A stretch of DNA of 64,000 bases from Somniosus microcephalus (lineage: Eukaryota), in NCBI GenBank assembly GCA_052327205.1, contig CM126207.1, positions 257,858,001 through 257,922,000 of the forward strand, written 5' to 3'. The first letter of the stretch is position 1. Every line of letters starts with the position of its first letter. Both the position numbers and the translations under genes were made by a program. Shown here in pieces: positions 52,195 through 64,000 of the stretch. Below the pieces are notes generated by a model, which was not told the origin of the DNA, ran no database searches, and saw only the letters and a list, made by a program, of their open reading frames with translations.

Positions 52195-53458
52195 ACGAAA
52201 TAACAACAGAAAACGCTGGAAAAACTCAGCAGGCCAGGCAACATCCGTGGAGAGAAAATAGAGTCAACGTTTTGGGGCAAACCCTTTGTCAAGACTGGAA
52301 AAGCACAGGAAATGAAATAGATTAAGAGGCCAGGCTAGGAGAGAACAAAAGAGAAGTGAAGAGACATTAAGAGGTATTCAAAACCAGACGAGATGGTGAT
52401 AGAACTAGTGGAGACAAAAGACGGCTCTAGATGAGGTGTGAAATGTGCTGGCAGAATGGGAGACAGCTGCCATGTGGGAGAGAAAAAAAGGGGGGGGGAA
52501 AGGGCCAAAACAAAGGTGTTGGGTGACCGCTTTGCGGAACACCTCCGTTCAGTCCGTAAGGATGACCCCGATCTTCCGGGCGCCTGTCATTTTAATTCAC
52601 CGCCCCATTCCCACTCAGACCTCACTGTACTCGGGCTCTTGTATTGCTCCACGGAAGCTCAGCGTAAGCTCAAGGAACAGCACCTCATCTTCTGATTAGG
52701 CACTTTACAGCCTTCCGGACTCAATATCGAGTTCAACAATTTCAGATCATAACCTCGGCCCCTATTACATTTTTACCCACACCTTTGTTTTGGCCCCCCC
52801 CCCCTTTTTTCTCTCCCACATGACAGCTGTCTCCCATTCTGCCAGCGCATTTCACACCTAATCTAGCGCCGTCTTTTGTCTCCACTAGTCCTATTACCAT
52901 CTCGTCTCGTTTTGAATACCTCTTAATGTCTCTTCACTTCTTTTTTGTTCTCTCCCAGCCTGGCCTCTTAATCTATTTCATTTCCTGTGCTTTTCCAGTC
53001 TTGACAAAGGGCTTGCCCCGAAACGTTGACTCTATTTTCTCTCCACGGATGTTGCCTGGCCTGCTGAGTTTTTCCAGCATTTTCACAGAATCACAGAATC
53101 ACAGAAACCCCACAGTGCAGATAGAGGCCATTTCGGCCCATCGAGCCTGCACCGACACATATCCCACCCGATCCCCGTAACCCCTACACCAACACATATC
53201 CCACCCTATCCCTGTAACCCCACGTATTTAATCCCCCTAACACTAAGGGTCAATTTATCATGGCCAATCAACCTAACCCACACATCTTTGGACTGTGGGA
53301 GGAAACCGGAGCACCCGGAAGAAACCCACGCAAACACGGGGAGAATGTGCAAACTCCACACAGACAGTCACCCGAGGCCAGATTTGAACCCGGGTCACTG
53401 GCGCTGTGAGGCAACAGTGCTAACCACTATGCCACCCACTTACCCATTTTCTGTTGTT
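52195..53458 (+). mobile_element. Short Penelope-like insertion with inverted 3'-end copy
   Basis: 15-bp TSD ATTTCTTTTCACATT (52180-94, 53459-73); 52195-52517 is the reverse complement of the 3' UTR; GIY-YIG C-terminus at 52518-52750; decayed hammerheads at 52262-96 and 52997-53031. Confidence 0.88.
53085..53444 (-). mobile_element. HE1-like V-SINE nested in the Penelope tail
   Basis: tRNA head TGGCATAGTGGTTAGCAC..GGGTTCAAATC; V-domain GTGGAGTTTGCAC..CCGGTTTCCTCCCAC; CR1-type tail (GATTCTGT)n; TSD CATTTTC. Confidence 0.88.
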
Positions 53459-53709
53459 ATTTCTTTTCACATTCTTGTTTTGGATCCCAGTCTCTCGGTC
53501 CCAGTTACCTGTTTAAACTGTTAACAGAGGAAATGGGTTCACCAGAACGATGGAGTCCTCTGCAACAATGGTGAGATGTCCACTTCCTGGATCCATCAGC
53601 AGAAGGCATAAGCACTTGGCCAGTGTAAAATTCCCATCCCCAGTCTGCATGCTCCTAAATAACACCTTCCATCGTAAGTCCCAGCTTACAGACAGGTTTG
53701 AATCAATCA

Positions 53710-54199
53710 GGCAGAAATTGGTTTCAGCCCACTTTCAGGCGCAAACATGAAGCAAATGTGTGACCGAAGCTGGAGGCCCGAAGCTCATCCGAAATTGGGC
53801 CTCAGGCCTCATTTTAATAATGTAGGTGAGTTCTCAGTGCCTGTTGTACCTTCAGAGGCAGCTCGCCCAAAGTCGGAGATTAACTTTGAGCCTGCTGCCT
53901 CACTGGCAGCTGTCCTCAGGTGGGTTTTGGAGGTGGGGCGGAGAAGAATAACAGGAGTGGAACGATCTCGGGCCAGCAGTGGCCCTCGGGAGCGCTGTAG
54001 AGCTGGGAGCAGGCCCGCTGACCAATGCTGATGCATCCTTAAACAGGCGTCAGGCTTCTCATTACATGCATAGGGCCTAATGATTGTTTTAAGGTGGCTG
54101 TCTGGGGTCCGCCTAAAAATCGTTGGAAGCCAATATGATGTCAGATGTATTTTAGGCCTCTTTTGGGCACAGCCCAGCAAAATTGGTCATTTTTGCCCC
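53710..54199. mobile_element. Possible MITE
   Basis: Ends GGCAGAAATTGG / TCATTTTTGCCCC resemble the Harbinger-like TIRs; no TSD seen. Confidence 0.35.
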
Positions 54200-54249
54200 A
54201 TTCTCTTGCTGGAAAATGAGCACAATGAAGATAAATTCCTACCCCAATG

Positions 54250-54600
54250 CTTTTTTGTATGTCTCGATAACTAGAGCTGGGTGCAGCTGCAATATGACCA
54301 GAGCACTATGTGTTTGACTACAATTTCCTCTGATTTGTATTCTACTGCTTTAGTTATTTTGTTCAACTCCTTATTGAATTTGTTGATTGCTGCTCTCCAT
54401 TGGCTGAACATATTGAATCTACTATTACTCCTAGATCTCTTTCTCACTTCATCCTTAGCTCCTTCAAAACCATTCGTGAAGTGTATGTGTCGTTTATTTT
54501 TTCTTCCCATGTGCAGCACTTTACACTTGTCTGCATTAAATTTTATCTGCCATTGTTCAGCCCTCTTGCACATTTTGCCCAAATCATTTTGGAGTTTCTG
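54250..54600 (-). mobile_element. Old CR1 ORF2 fragment
   Basis: ORF text WQIKFNADKCKVLHMG. Confidence 0.7.
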
Positions 54601-54607
54601 AACTTAA

Positions 54608-55462
54608 ACATAAGAACAGAAGAATTAAGAGCAGGAGTAGGCCATACGGCCTGTCGAGCCTGCTCCACCATTCAATAAGATCATGGCTGATCATCGGCCT
54701 CAACTCCACTTTCCTGCCTGATCTCCATATCCCTTGATTCCCCTAGAGTCCAAAAATCTATCTATCTCAGCCTTGAATATACTCAAAGACTCAGCATTCA
54801 CAGCCCTTTGGGTAAAGAATTCCAAAGATTCACAACCCTCTGAGTGAAGAAATTCCTTCTCATCTCAGTCTTATCCTGAGACTATGCCCCCTGTTATAAA
54901 TCTCATCATTATAAAGAAACTACTCATGAAATAACACTGGACGGCCAGCTGGTGGCGCCGTCCAAGGAGTATAAATACTCGGGCGTGGGCCCCAGCTTGC
55001 CCAGGGACATTTTGTAAGACAAGGAACTAGTGAAGTACAACTAGACCTCCATGTTCTGAAACAAGTTGATTAAAGCCTTGCTTTATACTCAAACCAAGTG
55101 CGTAGTGAGTTTTCTTACGTCACCCCTTAGTTCTAGACACTCCAGCCAGGGGAAAAAACCTCTCAGCATCTACCCTGTCAATCCCCTTCAGAATCTTGTA
55201 TGATTCAATGAGATTACCTCTCATTCTTCTAAACTCCAGAGAGTATAGGCCCATTCTACACAATCTCTCATCATAGGACTGCCCTTTCATCCCAGGAATC
55301 AATCTAGTGAACCTTTGTTGCACCGCCTCCAAGGCAAGTATATCCTTCCTTAGATAAGGAGACCAAAACTGTGCACAGTACTCCAGGTGTGGTCTCACCA
55401 AGGCCCTGTACAATTGTAGCAAGACTTCCTTACTCTTATACTCCAAACCCCTTGCAATAAAG
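54608..55462 (-). mobile_element. CR1 3' fragment containing a solo LTR
   Basis: ORF 55120..55446 (LVRPHLEYCAQFWSP); CR1 tail at 54608-54700. Confidence 0.9.
54892..55122 (+). mobile_element. Solo LTR
   Basis: TG..CA, 231 bp, flanks CCCCC/CCCCT, TATAAATA at ~54970, ATTAAA at ~55069; interrupts CR1 sequence. Confidence 0.8.
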
Positions 55463-55692
55463 CTTTCTCCTTTGATTCCACTGTCTTAGTTTGGTATTAT
55501 GTGCAAATTTGACCACTTTGCATTGGCCCAGATTTTCCTGTCAATATAACAGTGAGGCTAATGGTGTTTGCCTTTATTTATGCATAAATGGTACAGCAAC
55601 TTCAGGCAAGGGGCAGGTGCACGGTTAAAGATAAATATCCAAAAGTTGGTGTCCATTTTGCACCACTCCACCGTGAGCTTCGCGAAAACAGT

Positions 55693-56454
55693 GGCCCAGA
55701 AATTCGGGTCTCCATGGGTGAGTACGCGCTGGGTACTCACCCGTAGGCTGAATGGAAGTGCCGGTTTTCTGCATGCACTGCGCATGCGCGGGAAACCAGC
55801 ACTTCCGATCCTCTGAACGAAGAGGTTCAGAGGTTGAACGCGTGCGCAGGAGAGGCTGCGCGTGCGCATCAAACTTAGGTTTTTTTTTGCAGGCTTTCCC
55901 GGGATCGTAAGCCTGCAGGATTTAGAAATGTAAAAAGCAGGCATAAGGCCTGCTTTTTACAAGGTAAGTGGTCAATTAATTAAAATTAAAACATTTTTTC
56001 CACAGGTTTATTATTTTTAAATACTTTAAAGCAAGGTAAGTTTATTTTTAGCCCTGTTAGAATATAAAATTATTTTTTTCAAAAATTTAAATTATTGTTT
56101 AAAATAGTTATTTAATGTAATTTATACTTTATTTAAAAAGTGTGATTTAAAAAAAAAAATATTTGAAGGTTTACTGCTATTTTGGGGCCGTAGTATTTAT
56201 AAGTTTTGACAGGTCTTCCTGTCAATCTTATGAATGGGTTTTTCCCTCCTCCGATTGGCTGCCCATGGCTCACGTGATCCATGGGGACGCATCGCAATAA
56301 CTACGCCCCTGGGACACGCAAGCACAGCGCGCCGGCAGCTGGGCCAGGCCCCGGATCGGAATTCCACGGGAGCCTAGAGCTCAACTGCCGGCGTGCAAGG
56401 TAAGTGCAGGTCGGGGGCTTACCGCGGGAAACCCCCGACCCAAATTTCTGGGCC
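55693..56454. mobile_element. Harbinger-like MITE
   Basis: 18-bp TIR with 1 mismatch (GGCCCAGAAATTCGGGTC); TSD AGT. Confidence 0.88.
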
Positions 56455-57150
56455 AGTATCTCGCCATCTGGCTCTCCATTGAAATGCATTGAACAGCGTG
56501 AAGTTGCTGTATTTGGGGGGTAGATACACACTAAACTCGCCACAGAAAGTTAACTCTTGTCCATTCCAGCCTAAGTACCCTTTTAACGACATGACAACTG
56601 CCAAACAATCTCTCTGGAACTGAAAATTAACTATTACAAGTGTGGAGCCTGATTCCTTTGGGTTTTAATTGTTATTGGAGATTTTAAAAATGTCAAATTT
56701 AAAATTTTAATGTTTCTTTTTACTTTTTCTTTCTGATTCTTTTTGTCTCTCTTAATCCAACCTCCTTTATTTCTCTTTCTGTACCTGATTTGTCATTGAA
56801 TTCACCGCCTCTAATTTACACTTTCTTCTCAGTCCATGCGCTGTTAATTTCTCAATCTTTCAAGCTGATTGGTTAAGGAGATACACAGTTGCCTGCCATA
56901 AGAACATAAGAAATAGGAGCAGGAGTAGGCCAATTGGCCCCTCGAGCCTGCTCCGCCATTCAATAAGATCATGGCTGATCTGATCCTAACCGCCAATCTA
57001 CTATCACAGAACCATCTCCTGAATCTAACAGAATTAGACACACGAAATAGGAGCAGGATCAGGCTACATGGCCCCTGGGCCCGCTCCGCTACCCACAGGG
57101 CCATGTCCGATCCAAACCTAGACTCATGTCCAAATTCCTGCCCGCTCCCC

Positions 57151-60058
57151 TTAACCCTTAATTCCCTTTACTTCTAGGAAACTGTCTATTTCTGTTTTAA
57201 AGTTATGTAATGATGTAGCTTCTACAGCTTTTTGGGGCAGCATATTCCATGGACCTACCACCCTCTGAGTTAAGTAGTTCCTCCTCATCTCAGTTTTGAA
57301 AGAGCAGCCCCTTATTCTAAGACTATGCTCCCTAGTTCTAGTTTCACCCATCATCGGGAACATCCTCCCCGCATCCACCCGATCCAGCACCTTCACAATC
57401 TTATATGTTTCAATAAGATCGCCTCTCATTCTTCTGAACTCCAATGAGTAGAGTCCCAATCTACTCAACCTCTCCTCATATGTCCATCCCCTCATCTCCG
57501 GGATTAACCGAGTGAACCTTCTTTGTACTGACTCGAGAGCAAGTATGTCTTTTCTTAAGTATGGACACCAAAACTGTATGTAGTATTCCAGGTGCGGTCT
57601 CACCAATACCTTATACAACTGAAGCAATACCTCCCTATTTTTATATTCTATCCCCCTAGCAATGAAAGCCAACATTCCATTGGCCTTCTTAATCACTTGC
57701 TGCACCTGCATACTAACCTTTTGAGTTTCGTGCACCAGGACCCCCAGATCCCTTTGTACTTCAGTACTTTCCAGTTTCTTGCCATTAAGATAATAACTTG
57801 CTCTACGATTTTTCCTGCCAAAGTGCATAACCTCACACTTTCCAGTATTGTATTCCATCTGCCAAATCTCTGCCCACTTACTTAGCCTGTCTATGTCCCC
57901 TTGCAGGTTTTTTATGTCCTCCTCACTCACTACTTTCCCTCCCATTTTAGTATCATCTACAAACTTTGATATGTTACACTCGGTCCCCTCCTCCAAATCG
58001 TTAATATAGATTGTAAAGAGTTGGGGACCCAGCACTGACCCCTGTGGAACACCACTAGTTACTGATTGCCAGTCTGAGAATGAACCATTTATCCCAAGTC
58101 TCTGCCTTCTGTTAGATAGCCAATCCTCTATCCATGCCAGAATATTACCCCCAATCCCGTGATTTTTTATCTTAAGCAATAATCTTTTGTGTGGCACCTT
58201 GTCAAATGCCTTTTGGAAGTCTAAATACACTACGTCCACTGGTTCCCCTTTATCCACCCTATATGTTACTTCCTCAAAGAACTCCAGCAAATTTGTCAAA
58301 CATGACTTCCCCTTCATAAAACCATGCTGACTTTGTCCTATTAAATTATGATTATCCAAATGTCCTGTTACTGTCTCCTTAATAATGGACTCCAAAATTT
58401 TACCTACCACAGATGTTAGGCTAACCGGTCTATAGTTTCCAGCCTTCTGTCTACTGCCCTTTTTAAATAAGGGTGTTACATTAGCAGTTTTCCAGTCTGC
58501 CGGGACCTTTGCTGAGTCCAGGGAGTTTTGGAAAATTATTACCAATGCATCCACAATCCCTACCGCCACTTCCCTCAAGACCCTAGGATGTAAGCCATCA
58601 GGTCCAGGTGATTTATCTGCCTTGAGTCCCATTATTTTACCGAGTACCACTTCCTTAGTGATTTTGATCGTGTTTAGCTCCTCCCCTCCTATAGCCCCCT
58701 GTTTGTCCAGTGTTGGGATATTCTTAGTGTCCTCTACTGTAAAGACTGATACAAAATATTCATTCAGTGTTTTTGCCATCTCCATATTTCCCACCATTAA
58801 TTTCCCGGTCTCATCCTCTAAGGGACCAACATTTACTTTAGCCACCCTTTTTCTTTTTATATAACTATAAAAACTCTTACTATCTGTTTTTATATTTTTT
58901 GCTAATTTACTTTCATAATCTATCTTCCCTTTCTTAATCAATCTTTTTGTTATTTTTTGCTGTCTTTTAAAGTTTTCCCAATCCTCTATCCTCCCACTAG
59001 ATTTGGCTACCTTATATGCCCTTGTTTTTAGTCGAATACTATCCTTAATTTCTTTACTTAGCCACGGATGGCTGTCTTTTCTTTTACACCCTTTTCTTCT
59101 CAGTGGAATATATATTTTTTGGAAGTTGTAAAATAACTCCTTAAATATACACCACTGATCATGTATCGTCTTACCCTTTAATCTATTTTCCCAATCCACT
59201 CACTCAATTCCGCTCTAATACCTTCATAGTCTCCTTTATTCAAGCTTAGCACGCATGTTTGAGACCCAACCTTCTCACCCTCTAATTGAATATGGAATTC
59301 AACCATGTTATGGTCACTCATTCCAAGGGGATCCTTTACTAGGACATTTTTAATTAATCCTGTCTCGTTACACAGGACCAGGACCTGGTCGGTTCAGTTA
59401 CATACTGCTCAAGAAACCCATCCCTAATACACTCAAAGAACTCATCCTCAAGGCAGCCCTGCCCAATTTGATTTGTCCAATTAATATGATAGTTAAAATC
59501 CCCCATAATTATAGATGTTCCCTTATTATAAGCCTCAACTATTTCCTGATTGATACTCCGTCCAACAAAGTTGCAACTGTTCGGAGGCCTATAGACTACG
59601 CCCACTAGTGTTTTTTTCCCCTTATTATTCCTTACCTCCACCCAAACTGTTTCATTATCCTGATCTTTTGACCCAATATCATTTCTCTGTATTACAGTGA
59701 TTCCTTCCTTTATTAACATAGCCACCCCACCTCCCCTTCCTTCCTGCCTGTCCTTCCTGATCGTTAAATAACCTGGTATGTTTAATTCCCAGGCATTGTC
59801 ACCCTGCAGCCATGTTTCTGTAATGGCCACAAGATCATACCCATATGTAGTTATTTGAGCCATTAACTCGTCTATTTTGTTACGAATGCTACATGCATTC
59901 AGATAGAGAACTTTCAAATATGTTTTGTGACACTTAGTTCCTGCTTTTGCCCTTTTTATTACTTTACCTTTTACTGCATACCTTCTGCCCCTTCCTGACA
60001 TGCTCTGGTTTTTAATTTCCCCACTGCTACCTAAGTCTATGACCTTCTCTGTTGTCAT
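57151..60058 (-). pseudogene. CR1 ORF2 (AP endonuclease + RT)
   Basis: LNACS, ITETWL, VYRPP, MGDFN; frameshifting deletion at ~59385; 682-aa RT ORF 57151..59199. Confidence 0.95.
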
Positions 60059-60096
60059 TTTTATTATTTGCTCTCTAGGAACCTCCCCCCCACTAG

Positions 60097-61044
60097 TTAG
60101 TTTAAAGCCCTCTCTACAGCCCTAGTTATATGATCCGCCAGGACTCTAGTTCCAGCACTGGCCAAGTGAAGCCCGTCCCAACGGAACAGCTCCCTCCTGC
60201 CCCAGTACTGGTGCCAGTGTCCCAGGAAGCAAAACCCATTTCTCCCACACCAGTCTTTGAGCCACGCATTTAACTCTCTAATTTTATTTGTCCTAGCCAA
60301 ATTCGCTCATGGCTCAGGTAATAAGATTATTACCCTTGAGGTTCTGTTTTTTAATTTGACCCCTAGCTGCTCATACTCCTTTAACAGAACTGGCTTCCTA
60401 GTCCTATCTACGTCGTTTGTACCAACATGGACCACGACAACTGGATCCACCCCCTCCCACTGCAAGTTTCTTTCCAGCCCAGAGGAGATGTCCTTAACCC
60501 TGGCACTGGGTAGGCAACTCAGCCTTCGGGACTCTCGCTCTCGGCTGCAGAGAACTCTATCTATCCCCCTAATAATACTATCCCCTACCACTACAACATT
60601 TCTATTTACTCCCCCCTCTTGAATGGCCCCCCGTTCCACGGTGCTGTGGTCAGGTTGCTAATCCTCCCTGCAGTCCCTGCTCCTGTCCCCACAGGGAGTA
60701 AGAACCTCGAACCTGTTGGACAAGAGCAAGGGCTGCGGCTCCTCCAGCTCTACCTCCTGGATCCCGGTCCCTGCCTCACTCGTAGTCACACCGTCCTGTC
60801 CCTGACCATGGGCTACATCTGAATTAATTAACTTCATAGGTATGACCACCTCCTGATACACAGAGTCCAGCTACTTCTCCCCCTCCCTGATGTGTCGCAG
60901 TGTCTGAAGCTCAGACTCCAGCTCATCAACACGGAGCTGGAGTTCCTGTAGCAGCAGACACTTGTCACAGACGTAATCACCGTGGGCCTCAATGGTGTTC
61001 ACCGGCTCCCACATCTCGCAACAGTAACACATCACCTGCTCCAT
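60097..61044 (-). pseudogene. CR1 ORF1 (zinc finger + SGNH esterase-like)
   Basis: MEQVMCYCCEMW..YVCDKC, SNRFEVL, VVGDSII, HVGTND, DGLHL; frameshifted. Confidence 0.9.
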
Positions 61045-61313
61045 TCTATGTAATTAATTAAAATTTTTATTGTTAGTTATGGACACCCTCTACCCGATTT
61101 TAGATGCTAGTATCCCCTTTAATTAATTGGATTTAAATTAAATCAATCCCTCTAGTTACACCAGTTAAATGGTTTACCAACAGTCACTCTGCACCAGAAA
61201 GGCCTTATTAACTACAACCCACAGAGTTAAAGTTTGAAAAGAGCACCTAACACCCCACTTACCCTAACTCACTCTTACCCAAACTCAGAGGACTCTTTGA
61301 TGACTCGCACTCA

Positions 61314-61392
61314 GTGCTTGCTCGCACTAGGACTGGTCTTTTTATACTGTTTGTTTGTTTACAGCCAAATGAGTCACCCCTGCTGATTGGTT
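61314..61392 (-). promoter_or_regulatory. Candidate Pol II promoter in the CR1 5' region
   Basis: Minus strand CCAAT (~61390), TGACTCA (~61375) and TATAAAAA (61346-61339), 32 nt upstream of a repeated leader. Confidence 0.5.
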
Positions 61393-62279
61393 AGAAAACT
61401 GGTTTCCACTGCCTGCTGTGCCAATTTACTCCTACTGCAGTGTAACCTTGTTTTACTCTTCTTAAACCAACAGAATCCCAAATATTTAACTTTTCCCCTT
61501 TACTTAAACTGCTTAAGTAATCTTATCAAGAATGATTTAAAGAGAAATAACAATTAAAGAACTCTCACACTTACCCAAACTCACAGCACTCTTTGATGAC
61601 TCGCACTCAGGTCCCAGATGCCCTGTTTCCCTCACTGCACCATTATCAGCTCACACTTTCAGAAACTTGCCACGCAAAAATTTTGAAAACCTAAACATGT
61701 CTAACTAACGACAGACACCGTAAGGTACCCTGCCATAGCAAAATTATGGCCCATTGAGTTTCTGAATCCAGTAGTGGTCCCAACACTGAGTGAACTTCAG
61801 TCAGTACTTCCCAATGCCCTAAATAATTCCCCTGAAGGGGAATCAATTTCTCATCCAGTCCCAAGGTTTATGAATGCTTTGAATTTAATAATATCATTTC
61901 ATTTGGAACTTAGTCAAATGCCTTTTGGAAATCTAGGTGCTACACATCATAGGCCTTCCAACAAGTTTTTTATGGGGAACAGTAGCATAGTGATTATGTT
62001 ACTGGACTAGTAATCCAGAGGCCTAGACTAATGATCCAGATAGTACATGAGGTCTAAGGCCCACCACGGCAGGTGGGGAATTTAAATTCCGTTATTTAAA
62101 TAAATCTGGAATAAAAAGCTAGTATCAGTAATGGCGACCATAAAACTACCAGATTGTCATAAAAACCTATCTGGTTCACTAATGTCCTTTAAGGGAAGGA
62201 AATCTACCATCCTTACCTGGTCTGGCCTCTATGTGACTCTTAACTGCCCTCTGAGTTGCACCAACTGCTACAAACAACT

Positions 62280-64000
62280 TTTTAAAAATTTGTTCGTGGG
62301 ATGTGGGCGTTGCTGCAAGGCCAGCATTTATTGCCCATCCCTATTTGCCCTTGAGAAGGTGGTGGTGAGCTGTCTTCTTGAACCGCTGCAGTCCGTGTGG
62401 TGAAGGTGCTCCCACATTGCTGTTAGGGAGGGAGTTCCAGGATTTTGACCCAGCGACGATGAAGGAATGGCGATATACTTCCAAGTCAGGGTGGTGTGTG
62501 ACTTGGAGGGGAACTTGGAGGTGGTGGTGTTCCCAAGTACCTGCTGCCCTTGTCCTTCTAGGTGGTAGAGGTTGCAGGTTTGGGAGGAGCTGCCGAAGAA
62601 GCCTTGGCGAGTTGCTGCAGTGCATCTTGTAGATGGTACACACTGCAGCCACGGTACGCCGGTGGTGGAGGGAGTGAATGTTTCAGGTGGTGGATAGGGT
62701 GCCAATCAAGCGGGCTGTTTTGTCTTGAATGGTGTCGAGCTTCTTGAGTGTTGTTGGAGCTGCTCTCATCCAGGCAAGTGGAGAGTATTCCATCACACTC
62801 CTTACTTGTGCCTTGTAGATGGTGGAATTGCTTTGGGGAGTCAGGAGGTGAGACACTTGCCGCAATATACCTAGCCTCTGACCTGCTCTTGTTCCCACAG
62901 TATTTATGTGCCTGGTCCAGTTACGTTTCTGGTCAATGGTGACTCCTAGGATGTTGATGGTGGGGGATTCGGCGATGGTAATGCCGTGGCATGTCAAGGG
63001 GCGGTGGCTAGACTCTCGCTTGTTGCAGATAGTCATTGCCTGACATTTGTATGGCGCGAATGTTACCTGCCACTTATCAGCTCAAGCCTGAATGTCGTCC
63101 AGGTCTTGCTGCATGCGGGCATGGACTACTTCATTATCTGAGGAGTTGCGAATGGCACTGAACACTGTGCAGTCATCAGCGAATATTCCCATTTCTGACC
63201 TTATGTTGGAGGGTATGTCATTGATGAAGCAGCTGAAGATGGTTGGGCCAGGACACTGCCCTGTGGAACTCCTGCAGCGATGTCCTGGGACTGTGATGAT
63301 TGACCTTCAACCACCACAACCATCTTCCTTTGTGCTAGGTATGACTCCAGCCAGTGGAGAGTTTTCCCCCCGATTCCCATTGACTTCAGTTTTACTAGGG
63401 CTCCTTGATGCCACACTCAGTCAAATGCTGCCTTGATGTCAAGGGCAGTCACTCTCACCTCACCTCTGGAATTCAGCTCCTTTGTCCATGTTTGGACCAA
63501 GACTGTAATGAGGTCGGGACCCAAGTGGTCTTGGCAGAACCAAAACTGGGCATCACTCACCAGGTTATTGGTGAGTAAGTGTCGTTTGATAGCACTGTCG
63601 ATGACACATTCCATCACTTGGCTGATGATTGAAAGAAAGCTGATGGGGCGGTAATTGGCCAGATTGGATTTGTCCTGCTTTTTGTAGACAGGACATACCT
63701 GGGCAGTTTTCCACATTGTCGGATAGATGCCAGTGTTGTCGCTGTACTGGAACAGCTTGGCTAGAGGTGCGGCTAGTTCTGGAGCACAAGTCTTCAGCAT
63801 GACAGTCAGATTGGTTTCGGGGCCCATAGCCTTTGCTGTATCCAGTGCGCTCAGCCGTTTCTTGATATCACATGGAGTGAATCAAATTGGCTGAAGACTG
63901 GCTTCTGTGATGGTGGGGTCCTCAGGAGGAGGCCGATATGAATAATTCACTCGGCACTTCTGGCTGAAGATGGTGGCAAACGCTTCAGCCTTGTCTTTTG
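62280..64000 (-). mobile_element. CR1-group LINE (second family), RT + 3' UTR, runs off the window; disrupted
   Basis: ORF text NYRPIS, ALDIKAAFD, GVPQGSVL, VRSVMEYSPLAW, SWNSLP; its tail is shared with the 8955-type SINE. Confidence 0.9.

Larger units (their letters stand above)
56896..61610 (-). mobile_element. Near-full-length CR1 LINE
   Basis: 5' UTR, ORF1, ORF2 and (TTCTTATG)n tail all present; closely related to the CR1 at 5-2290. Confidence 0.95.
55525..61752. mobile_element. Outer Harbinger-like MITE hosting another MITE and a CR1
   Basis: Ends GGCCCAGATTTTCCT / AGCAAAATTATGGCCC; TSD ATT (55522-24, 61753-55). Confidence 0.6.

Noticed and set aside
53155-53222. Tandem duplication of ~37 bp inside the HE1-like SINE
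   Set aside because: Ordinary variable region of a SINE.

Overview
Repeat-dense eukaryotic (vertebrate) DNA, most likely from a shark or other elasmobranch, judged by an HE1/V-SINE, CR1 LINEs with (TTCTTATG)n tails, DeuSINE-like SINEs and Neptune-type Penelope elements. No host protein-coding exon was recognised, so the window looks intergenic or intronic. It holds four two-LTR Ty3/Gypsy elements with 5-bp TSDs, a solo LTR, one near-full-length and several truncated CR1 LINEs, three Penelope-like insertions carrying minimal hammerhead ribozymes, about nine PIF/Harbinger-type elements or MITEs, a hAT-like MITE and many SINEs, often nested. The most interesting signals are: (1) a Gypsy element with no tRNA primer-binding site but an 11-nt LTR/leader complementarity, suggesting self-priming or polyA occlusion; (2) Penelope insertions with an inverted copy of their ribozyme-bearing 3' end at the 5' side; (3) a Gypsy inserted inside a hammerhead ribozyme; (4) a CR1 5' end built as leader, CCAAT/TATA promoter, leader, with splice signals. 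All alignments were done by eye.
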